From Fibrobacteria bacterium (lineage in GTDB: Bacteria; Fibrobacterota; Fibrobacteria; UBA11236): a stretch of DNA of 64,000 nucleotides. Where the stretch lies: the NCBI GenBank assembly GCA_025360005.1, contig JANYDA010000001.1, positions 87,144 to 151,143 on the forward strand. The letters are read 5' to 3'. A program made the position numbers and the translations under genes. The notes beneath the pieces are model-generated. The model made no database searches, had not been told where the DNA came from, and was given only the letters and a program-made list of their open reading frames with translations. Of this stretch, positions 9,710 to 17,319 are shown in pieces (within the stretch, counting starts at the first letter, position 1; each line of letters begins with the position of its first letter).

Positions 9710-10545
9710 TGCGGATCCTTCTTTACCCGGGTCAAAGGGAACAATTGGAGATTGACTTGGTAGACTGCTTCGGCGTGCTGCTGGGTGCCGGCAAAATCGA
9801 GGATGTCCCTCCAAATCACCTCCATGCGCGACTTCAATTCCAGGAATGCGCTTTGGGTGAGGCCGATGGTCACCGAACGCACATCGCGTTCGCCAGGACC
9901 GAAATGCTTAAGCGCATCCTGCCCCAACTGCATGGCCGCCAGGTGGTAATTCCGGAGCGCGAGTTGGCTGGCCTCCGACTCCGTGGCTATGACGGGGTCC
10001 GCAAGACGCCAAGCCATGGTTTCCGGATCCAACCGGACGAGCCCCAGCTTTTGCAGCACATCCCTCGCGCCGTCGACTTGGGCGGCGGTCAGGCGGGGGA
10101 AGATGCGCTCCGCAATCCATCCGCTGGTTCCGTCGAAGCCAGGGTGAGTCATCAATTCCCGGACCACGGGATTGTACCAATTGCTGAAGAACTCATATTG
10201 CGATTTGTCCAGGGTCTTTACCGCGGCATACCGTTTGTTCTTCAGGATGTTTTGGTAGAAAAGGTTTTTTTCATCCCAGCTCTTGGCTTGGCCGTAGCCA
10301 ACCAGGTTCTGCAGGAATTCCGTTTCCGTACGATTGAGTTTGAATGCCTTTGCCACGGCAACGGCATACTTGGAACTTAGGTTCCGCTTTCCCTGGATGA
10401 CCATTTGCAGGAAGTTGGGAGAGGAAAACCCGGAGCGTTTGGCGAAAGTCCGGAATGAAAGCTTTGGGGAATCGGCCTTCAAGGCCGCGAAAGCATCCCG
10501 AAGATAATCGCGGTATTCGAGATAGGTATGGATGTCCGGTTTCAT
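9706..10545 (-). CDS. TIGR02147-family protein (Fibrobacter succinogenes paralogous family), copy 1; N-terminal HTH-like
   Basis: MKPDIHTYLEYRDYLRDAF…SFRTFAKRSGFSSPNFLQMVIQGKRNLS…QYEFFSNWY. The track ORF begins at 10587; the start was chosen by alignment to the other two copies. Confidence 0.75.
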   Translation of the reverse strand: MKPDIHTYLEYRDYLRDAFAALKADSPKLSFRTFAKRSGFSSPNFLQMVIQGKRNLSSKYAVAVAKAFKLNRTETEFLQNLVGYGQAKSWDEKNLFYQNILKNKRYAAVKTLDKSQYEFFSNWYNPVVRELMTHPGFDGTSGWIAERIFPRLTAAQVDGARDVLQKLGLVRLDPETMAWRLADPVIATESEASQLALRNYHLAAMQLGQDALKHFGPGERDVRSVTIGLTQSAFLELKSRMEVIWRDILDFAGTQQHAEAVYQVNLQLFPLTRVKKDPQ

Positions 10546-10622
10546 GGATGGGAAGCGTTCCCAACCAAGCGGGCCGGGGAATCCCAATTATACAAAATCG
10601 CCGACGGTAAAAACGTCCGGAT

Positions 10623-11453
10623 TCAGGGTTGTTCCACCTGATCCTCATAGTTGATTCCGCCGGATGCCTCGATGTTCCGCCTCACCCTTATGCCGGTCCC
10701 GGAACAGAAACCGTCCCCTTGCAATCGGACAATGCCGGCGCTATCGGAACCGGCCGGGGAGGCGGCCATGCAAGCCTGCATATCCGTCCCCTGGAACCAG
10801 TCGTCCACGTTCAAACCCAAAAGGATGTTGTTCAGAGTATCCGATTTGATCCTTACTCCCACGGGATCTCCGAAATCCAAGCCCTCGGTAAGGTTAATCC
10901 GGATCACGAATCGTTGGCCTGCGGACCCCAGCGCGCCCATCCTTCCCCACAGGACGATATTCTGGCTCGTCGAATCCCAATCGGTCAAGGAGTCCTGTTT
11001 GTTCGCAATCAGTTTAAACCCGATCTTCCGGTAGAGTCCCGCCGGGATCTTGAAAACATTCAAAGCCGGATGGGATATCCCACGCAGCAAATCCAGGTCG
11101 AACGGACCTTCCAGGGTGGTTTCACCGTCCTTGCAGGGAAGCCCGGAAAAGATGGGGCAATCGAGACTGTCCGGCAATGCGAAATCGATGCCCTCCACGC
11201 GCGACACGATGGAATCAAGCGATAACACGGCTCCGGCGGAATCCCGTATCACGAATCCGCTGTCCAAGGCGATGAGGCCGGAGGCGGTGGATTTGGGCAG
11301 AATCCTGGGGCCTGAGGATTTCGCCTTGAGAGCCAAGGTCACCTCGCCGAGCGGCGGGTTCCCTGCGCCCGCGCCTCCGGCTACGCGTTCAGGAATGCAT
11401 TGGAAAAAGGAGATGCAGGTAAGCATGAGGCAAAGACGGAGTACCGGAATCAT
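10623..11453 (-). CDS. Lipoprotein paralogue 2 (GGAGAGNPPL family)
   Basis: Signal peptide MIPVLRLCLMLTCISFFQC. Mature N-terminus CIPERVAGGAGAGNPPL. Paralogous to 8900-9709. Starts 1 nt after the stop of TIGR02147 copy 2. Confidence 0.6.
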   Translation of the reverse strand: MIPVLRLCLMLTCISFFQCIPERVAGGAGAGNPPLGEVTLALKAKSSGPRILPKSTASGLIALDSGFVIRDSAGAVLSLDSIVSRVEGIDFALPDSLDCPIFSGLPCKDGETTLEGPFDLDLLRGISHPALNVFKIPAGLYRKIGFKLIANKQDSLTDWDSTSQNIVLWGRMGALGSAGQRFVIRINLTEGLDFGDPVGVRIKSDTLNNILLGLNVDDWFQGTDMQACMAASPAGSDSAGIVRLQGDGFCSGTGIRVRRNIEASGGINYEDQVEQP

Positions 11454-11454
11454 A

Positions 11455-12306
11455 TCAAACCTTTCCCTCGCGGGAGGAAGGGCCCCGGGTCAGCGGAAAC
11501 AATTGCAGATTCACCTGGTATACCGCATCGGTCTCGCGCTGGGTTCCCGCGATTTCCAAAACTTCTTTCCACACGTTTTCGATTCTGGATTTCAATTCTC
11601 CATAGGCTTCATGGGATAGGCCGATGGTTACCGAGCGGACATCCCTTTCCGCGGGCCCGAATACTTTCAGGCTATCATGCGCCAACTGGATCGCGGCCAT
11701 ATGGTAGTTGCGAATCCCCAGGTGGGTGGTCTCCGAATCCGTGCTTACCACCGTGTCCACCAAGCGCCAGCGACCGGAATCCGGGTCCAAACGGACCAAG
11801 TCCAGGTTCGTCAGCAGGGTTTTGGCGGAGTCCACCTGGGCGATGGTGATGCGCGGGAAAATACGCTCCGCGATCCATCCGCTGCTCCCGTCGAACTCCT
11901 TGTGCACCAGCAGCTCGCGGACGACGGGGATGTACCAATGGGTGAAAAATTCATACTGGGATTTGTCGAGGTATTTCGCCGAGGCATAGCGCGCGTTGCG
12001 CAATATCTTCTGGTAGTAAAGATTTTTTTCGTCGAGACTCTTGGCTTGGTCGTAGCCCACCAGGTACTGGAAGAAATCCGTCTCCTGTTTGTTCAGCTTG
12101 AAGGCCTTGGCAGCGACCACGGCATTCGTGGAACTCAAATTGCGCTTTCCCAAGATGACCATTTGCAGGAAGTTCGGAGACGTGAATCCCGCTTTTTTTG
12201 CGAAGGTCCGGTAAGACATGCGGGGTGAGGCCTTTTGGATAGCCGTGAAGGCGTCCTTAAGGTAGGCCCGATACTGGATGTATTTGAAGATATCCGGTTT
12301 GTTCAT
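11455..12306 (-). CDS. TIGR02147-family protein, copy 2
   Basis: MNKPDIFKYIQYRAYLKDAF…SYRTFAKKAGFTSPNFLQMVILGKRNLS…QYEFFTHWY. The track ORF extends to 12381; the internal Met was chosen by alignment. Confidence 0.75.
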   Translation of the reverse strand: MNKPDIFKYIQYRAYLKDAFTAIQKASPRMSYRTFAKKAGFTSPNFLQMVILGKRNLSSTNAVVAAKAFKLNKQETDFFQYLVGYDQAKSLDEKNLYYQKILRNARYASAKYLDKSQYEFFTHWYIPVVRELLVHKEFDGSSGWIAERIFPRITIAQVDSAKTLLTNLDLVRLDPDSGRWRLVDTVVSTDSETTHLGIRNYHMAAIQLAHDSLKVFGPAERDVRSVTIGLSHEAYGELKSRIENVWKEVLEIAGTQRETDAVYQVNLQLFPLTRGPSSREGKV

Positions 12307-12388
12307 AAAGATGGCTTCCCACTCCGCGGTCGGTTGCCGGGAAGCGGCGATGCCATGGGCACCGCCGCTGTTGAACGGCAAAGAAAGG

Positions 12389-12862
12389 TTATTTCACCTC
12401 CGTGGTGTCGCCACCGGCATGGCCGGACGCTTCCTGTCCTTCGACAGCGTCCTTAACGCCGCCGACCTCTCCATCCTTCTTATCCTCGGTTTTGGTCGAA
12501 TCCGATTTTTCTTCGTCGCCGCCTTTCCCGGCTTCGGTGCCTTCCGCACCTGAATGGTGATCCTTTTCATCGCAACCCGCGACTTCGGCGGAATCCTTTA
12601 CTTCAGTAGAATCCTTTACTTCAGTAGAATCCTTTTCATCGGCCACTTTGGCGCTATCGCCGTCCTCGTGACCTTTCCCCATGGCTTTTTCATGGCTGCA
12701 GCCGGTGCTACCGGTATCGACCACGCCGCCCTTGGTCTGGGTGGACAGGGCTCCGTTGGAATTGCTTGCAGGGTCGGAAATGCCCAGACATCCGGCCATA
12801 AAAGCCAGCGACAGGCATCCTGCCCCCAAGGTGAGAGTATTCCGCATAATGACTCGATTCAT
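12389..12862 (-). CDS. Small acidic secreted lipoprotein with KDSTEV tandem repeats
   Basis: Signal peptide plus lipobox-like LAFMAGC. Low-complexity Asp/Glu/Lys/Gly-rich body with His and Cys. An 18-bp tandem DNA repeat at 12591-12644 encodes KDSTEV KDSTEV KDSAEV. Confidence 0.5.
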   Translation of the reverse strand: MNRVIMRNTLTLGAGCLSLAFMAGCLGISDPASNSNGALSTQTKGGVVDTGSTGCSHEKAMGKGHEDGDSAKVADEKDSTEVKDSTEVKDSAEVAGCDEKDHHSGAEGTEAGKGGDEEKSDSTKTEDKKDGEVGGVKDAVEGQEASGHAGGDTTEVK

Positions 12863-13126
12863 ATTCGTTCTCCAATGTTAGCGTTGACCTGGGGCGACTC
12901 TTCGCTCCGGAACTTAAGATAACATCGATAATAATTCATGATCAAATATTATATATTTTAATATGATTCATCATTATTTACATAAGACATTGATTTTAAA
13001 TATGTTATAGGATAATAAATTTTTAGATTATTTTTATTATGAACCCATTATGATTCATTTAAGTCCGTTTTTGGGAAAATTCGTTTCGCAGTTACTAGGT
13101 TTGGAACCAGTGTCAAGGAGGATATT
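12863..13126. promoter_or_regulatory. AT-rich divergent intergenic/promoter island with two copies of the palindromic motif ATGAnTCAT
   Basis: About 230 bp of >75% A+T inside a GC-rich context. ATGATTCAT occurs at 12963-12971 and 13050-13058. Flanked by divergently transcribed genes (12862 minus, 13127 plus). Confidence 0.5.
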
Positions 13127-13909
13127 ATGGCTCTTGGAAATGAACTCCATCGTTTGTTCGCCACTTTATGGTGCGGCTGCGTCTTGGCGGCCGCCAGCGT
13201 CCCTATGGAAACGGAAACGGCCCGCACCATCACCAGGAACGGCTTTGAGGCCAACGCCTCCGTTGAATACCAAGCCTCTTCGGAAGGGGCCGAATGGGCC
13301 GTACCGTTCGCTTTCGAGTACGGAATCCTGGCAAACCTAGAGCTGCTGGTAGAGCCGGTGTTATTCACTGCAATCCGACCCGATTCCGGGCGCAAGGCCT
13401 CCGGCCTGGGTGACCTGGAGGTTACCCTGAACTACCGGTTCCTGGAAGAGAGGGGAGCCATGCCGGCTTTAGGTCTGGCCGGAGAGGCTAAGATAGCCAC
13501 CTCTAACGATAGGCTGATAGGGACGGGGAAGTCCGATTATGCCGGATATTTCATCGCCAGCAAAAATCTCGGATGGTGCGACGTGCATGGCAACCTGGGG
13601 TATACATGGGTGGGCCAACCTTCCGGAGCGCGACTGAATGATTTGATGTCTTTTTCCCTGGGAATGGAACAGGCCGGGATGGGAAAGTTCCAATTGCTGG
13701 CGGAGGTATCCGGCAATATGCCATCCTTTTTCGGGAAAGCCGGGAATACGCCCGAGAATCCCATCACCCCGGAAGCATCGGGAGGCGAATTGGTGGGCAC
13801 CGTGGGCGCGCGTTATTTCTGCGCACGGAAAATGGCGCTCGCGATTGGCCTCAGCTACGACAATAGCAATGCCTTCCTTCTTTCGCCCGGACTCATTTTG
13901 GGGTTTTAG
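13127..13909 (+). CDS. Outer-membrane beta-barrel protein (MetA-pathway/phenol-degradation-like transporter family)
   Basis: Signal peptide, alternating amphipathic strands, motif LGDLEVTLNYRF, C-terminal …LILGF ending in Phe. 260 aa. Confidence 0.6.
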   Translation: MALGNELHRLFATLWCGCVLAAASVPMETETARTITRNGFEANASVEYQASSEGAEWAVPFAFEYGILANLELLVEPVLFTAIRPDSGRKASGLGDLEVTLNYRFLEERGAMPALGLAGEAKIATSNDRLIGTGKSDYAGYFIASKNLGWCDVHGNLGYTWVGQPSGARLNDLMSFSLGMEQAGMGKFQLLAEVSGNMPSFFGKAGNTPENPITPEASGGELVGTVGARYFCARKMALAIGLSYDNSNAFLLSPGLILGF

Positions 13910-14668
13910 TTCGCCCGGATCCTACGGTTAACCGGGATCAGCATGGATCCGGACCAGTAACCGGGGAGCGTCTCTGGAAGGAGAAGGCACCAGCAGAAAC
14001 TCCATCCGGGAAAGGATGTCCCTTATTTGCGGACGGAGACTGCCGGAGCGAGGGCTGGAGATCGGGGATGCATGCAAGCGGGAAACCGCATATCCGATTA
14101 ACGCCGCGGCCGCGCCGGCCAGAACATCGGAGGGAAATGCTTGCCAGAAGCCACCCGCAGGACTCCCACGGCCGTGGCCGTCCCCAGGCCGCCGGCCCGC
14201 ATCAAGGGAGCCCAGCGAGAATCGGGATGCCTGGCTTGAAAAGTATATCCGGCGAAAACGGCAGCGGGAAAAGCGCCGGTGGCGTGTTGGGAAAATCCCA
14301 TTCCGGTCGCAACCGATATTCCGTGTCTTCCGCGGCTAAGGCCTCACCCAAAGCGAAGCCGAGGAAAGCGGCGGCTATTTTTTTCGGCCGCTTCATCTGC
14401 CGGCCCCGAAATCAAAATGCATCCAAGCGGAATCGAGTCCACTGAAAAAGAACCCAGGGTCAGCTGGAATGCATGCGAAGCAAAATTGATTCATGGATTT
14501 CCGGTTTCCGCCTTCGCCTAAGGTACTTTGGGTTGGGTTCCTGGCGGACCGGGGACATTTATTTTCCGCCTATCCCCCTCAACCGGTTGACGCAGCCATT
14601 AGCCTCCGTCACAATAGGGAGCCGGGGAAGAATAACGAAAACCCGGACAAGAAAAGCAGAGGATCCAA

Positions 14669-15007
14669 ATGGAATTGAAAAATATCGCCAGCCAACCGCC
14701 GACTCCGCGCCAACCGGCTCCTTCCGCCGGAGTGGAATCGGGAACAAGCGGAGCTGTCCAGAATGAGGCGCCGGCACCCACCCCGGCCTCGATTCCGAAT
14801 CAGAAAAGTTCCAACCTGCAAATCAGCGGCGCGGCGAAAAAACTGCTGCAAGAAGCCACCGAGACCGCGGCGCAAACGGCAGCCGAAGCCTCCAAGGGCG
14901 ATCCCCAGGCTAAAAGGCTCCTCGCCAAAGAGGAGGCCGCGAAGGAAAGAAACGAGCCGAATCCTGCCACCGAAGCCAAGGGCGGAAATTTCGACCTGAA
15001 CGCCTAG
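14669..15007 (+). CDS. Small hypothetical protein (Ala/Pro/Glu/Lys-rich), just upstream of the efflux operon
   Basis: 112 aa, with a good AGAGGA RBS 7 nt before the ATG. No recognisable domain; low complexity. Confidence 0.35.
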   Translation: MELKNIASQPPTPRQPAPSAGVESGTSGAVQNEAPAPTPASIPNQKSSNLQISGAAKKLLQEATETAAQTAAEASKGDPQAKRLLAKEEAAKERNEPNPATEAKGGNFDLNA

Positions 15008-15035
15008 CGAGTGCCGAAATAAATATCTTATTGCG

Positions 15036-16295
15036 GTGATCATTCCCTTTCTGGTATTGCTGCTTTCCGGATTTGCGGCAGCTACCCCCGATTCCCTCTC
15101 TCTGGAAGATTGCCTGGCGCTGGCGCGGGAGAGTAATCCCCGTTCCCGGCTATCCGCGAATTCGATCCTGGGTTGGGATTTGTCGCGGCAGGAACTCAAA
15201 GCGCGCAACCGGCCTCAGGTCAAGTTCAAAGGCATCTTTGAGTACGCTCCCGTCGGCAAATACTATGGGTACGATCCGGGCCTAACTAACGGCGGTCAAC
15301 TGGGCAGCCAGATAGCGGTGGAACAAACCGTTTATGACGGCGGCATCACGGGCATCAAGTCCCGGCAAGCCGATTTGGGATGGTCCCGGTCCAACCATGA
15401 GCAAAAATTGGCCGGGCTGGATCTGGAATACGATGTCACGCAGGCATTCACCGAGGTATTGCGGCTGCAAGAGGATTCGGCCCTGAAACAAACCGGCTTG
15501 GCAAGGCTGCGGGAATACTCCGGCCTGGTCGAGCGGATGCATGCCGGAGGCCAAGCCGGGTATACCGACTTGCTCAAGACGCGCATCCATGTTTCCGAAT
15601 CCGAATCGGCGGCCAAGCTTACCAATGCCGATCTGGAAAGCGCAAAATACGCCCTGGCGGAACTCATCGGTCTGGAGCCGTCCGCGTCCATCCAGGTGAA
15701 AGGCGAATTGGATGCGCCGTTCGATCCGATGCCGTTGGATACCACCGTGAATGCGGATTGGAAGATCGCGGAACTGGAAACGCAAATCGCCGACTTGGAC
15801 GTAGCCGCGGCGCGCAGCGAGTGGAAGCCCACTCTTTCCGTGGCGGCGGATATCGGGTTGCTCACCTCCATCGACAATCTGAAAGCGGCGCCGCAGGACC
15901 GGGCCAATATGCTGGGGGCATCCGTGGGGATGCATTTGGACATGCCCATTTTTTCCTGGGGATTGGCAAAGACCCATCTCCTACAGAGCCGGCTCGCCGT
16001 GGAGAACGCGCGGTGGCAATGGCGGGCGCATCGGCGGGAACTGCTCTTCGGATACCGCAAAGCCCTGATGCAATGGGAAGCGGCGCGGGATCATCTGAGC
16101 GGATTGCGGGCCGATCTCACCGCGGCCAAGGACAATTTCGACCTGACCAAGGCGAAATACGCGGGCGGTTCGGGACTGGCCTCCGAGGTCCTGGACGCCC
16201 ATCAGCTCTGGGTGGAAACGCAAGCCAGCCTGCTGCAGGCCCGGGCCGATTTACGGAACCTGGGCGCCAGGCTGAAGCGGTTGGAAGCCCGTTAG
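15036..16295 (+). CDS. TolC-family outer-membrane efflux factor (CzcC-like)
   Basis: 419 aa. N-terminal signal, LSLEDCLALARESNP, OEP repeat structure. Precedes the MFP and RND genes in czcCBA order. GTG start. Confidence 0.85.
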   Translation: MIIPFLVLLLSGFAAATPDSLSLEDCLALARESNPRSRLSANSILGWDLSRQELKARNRPQVKFKGIFEYAPVGKYYGYDPGLTNGGQLGSQIAVEQTVYDGGITGIKSRQADLGWSRSNHEQKLAGLDLEYDVTQAFTEVLRLQEDSALKQTGLARLREYSGLVERMHAGGQAGYTDLLKTRIHVSESESAAKLTNADLESAKYALAELIGLEPSASIQVKGELDAPFDPMPLDTTVNADWKIAELETQIADLDVAAARSEWKPTLSVAADIGLLTSIDNLKAAPQDRANMLGASVGMHLDMPIFSWGLAKTHLLQSRLAVENARWQWRAHRRELLFGYRKALMQWEAARDHLSGLRADLTAAKDNFDLTKAKYAGGSGLASEVLDAHQLWVETQASLLQARADLRNLGARLKRLEAR

Positions 16296-16308
16296 GGCGG
16301 ATGGGGAG

Positions 16309-17319
16309 ATGCGCGTGAAGGCTTATGGAAAAGGAAAATCGATATCCTTGCTTTGCCTGCTGATTCCATTGGGTTGTTCCCGGCACGCCAAGGAAGCGGA
16401 AGAGGCCGCCGCCGCGGCGCCCATCGTCGAGGTCAAATTGGACTCCCTGGTATCGGGCCCGGCCGAGGATGCGCTTTTTGCCACCGGCCGCACCGATGTT
16501 TTGGGCAAGGAGAACGTGGCCTCCCCGATCGCCGGAAAGCTGTTGGCCTTGAAGGCATCCGAAGGCGCTTCGGTAAAACCGGGGCAAGTGGTGGCCTTGG
16601 TGCGCACCAAGGAATCGGAATCCGCCGTGGAGGGAGCGCAGGCATTGTTGAATGGAGCGGGAAGCGATGCCGAAAGACGGGAAGCCAAAAGGGCCTTGGA
16701 CCTGGCTCTGGCTACCCAAAGCACCCTTTCGTTGCGGGCCAAACAAGGCGGCGTAGTGGCCAGCCGCCTGGCCCAGGAGGGAGAGCAGATCGTCGAAAAC
16801 CAAAGTCTGATGCTGATCCTGGATCTGAGTACCCTGGATTTCCAGGCAGAGGTTCCCTTGTCCGGAATCGAACGCATCCGCGTGGGGCAGTCGGCCACGG
16901 TCAGCTTGCAGGCATTGCCGGGATCGGTTTTTTCCGCGCAGGTCCAGGCCATTCTGCCCCAGATCCAGACGGCCAGCCAGACCTTGTCCATCCGGCTGCG
17001 CTTCACGGGCCGGCCGGGCGATGGGATGCGCGGGGTTTTGAAAGCCGATATGGCGGGCGAAGCGCGTGTCATCCTTTCCACCCGGCCCAATTCGCTCTTG
17101 GCCCCCAAAACCGCCTTGTTGCGCAGCGATGAAGACGGCAGTTATTCCCTGGTGACGGTGGGTCCGGATTCCTTGGCGCACATAGTGAAGGTCAAACCCG
17201 GGTCTCCGCAGGGAGAGCGCGTGGAAATCCTGGGCGATGGTTTACGCCCGGGCCTGCGGGTGGTGACCCAGGGCCAGCATGGCTTGGCGGATTCCACCAA
17301 GGTCAAACCCGTTCCATGA
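16309..17319 (+). CDS. RND efflux periplasmic adaptor (membrane fusion protein, HlyD/CzcB-like lipoprotein)
   Basis: 336 aa; lipobox LGCS; biotinyl-lipoyl-like and beta-barrel MFP regions. Overlaps the RND gene start by 4 nt. Confidence 0.85.
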   Translation: MRVKAYGKGKSISLLCLLIPLGCSRHAKEAEEAAAAAPIVEVKLDSLVSGPAEDALFATGRTDVLGKENVASPIAGKLLALKASEGASVKPGQVVALVRTKESESAVEGAQALLNGAGSDAERREAKRALDLALATQSTLSLRAKQGGVVASRLAQEGEQIVENQSLMLILDLSTLDFQAEVPLSGIERIRVGQSATVSLQALPGSVFSAQVQAILPQIQTASQTLSIRLRFTGRPGDGMRGVLKADMAGEARVILSTRPNSLLAPKTALLRSDEDGSYSLVTVGPDSLAHIVKVKPGSPQGERVEILGDGLRPGLRVVTQGQHGLADSTKVKPVP

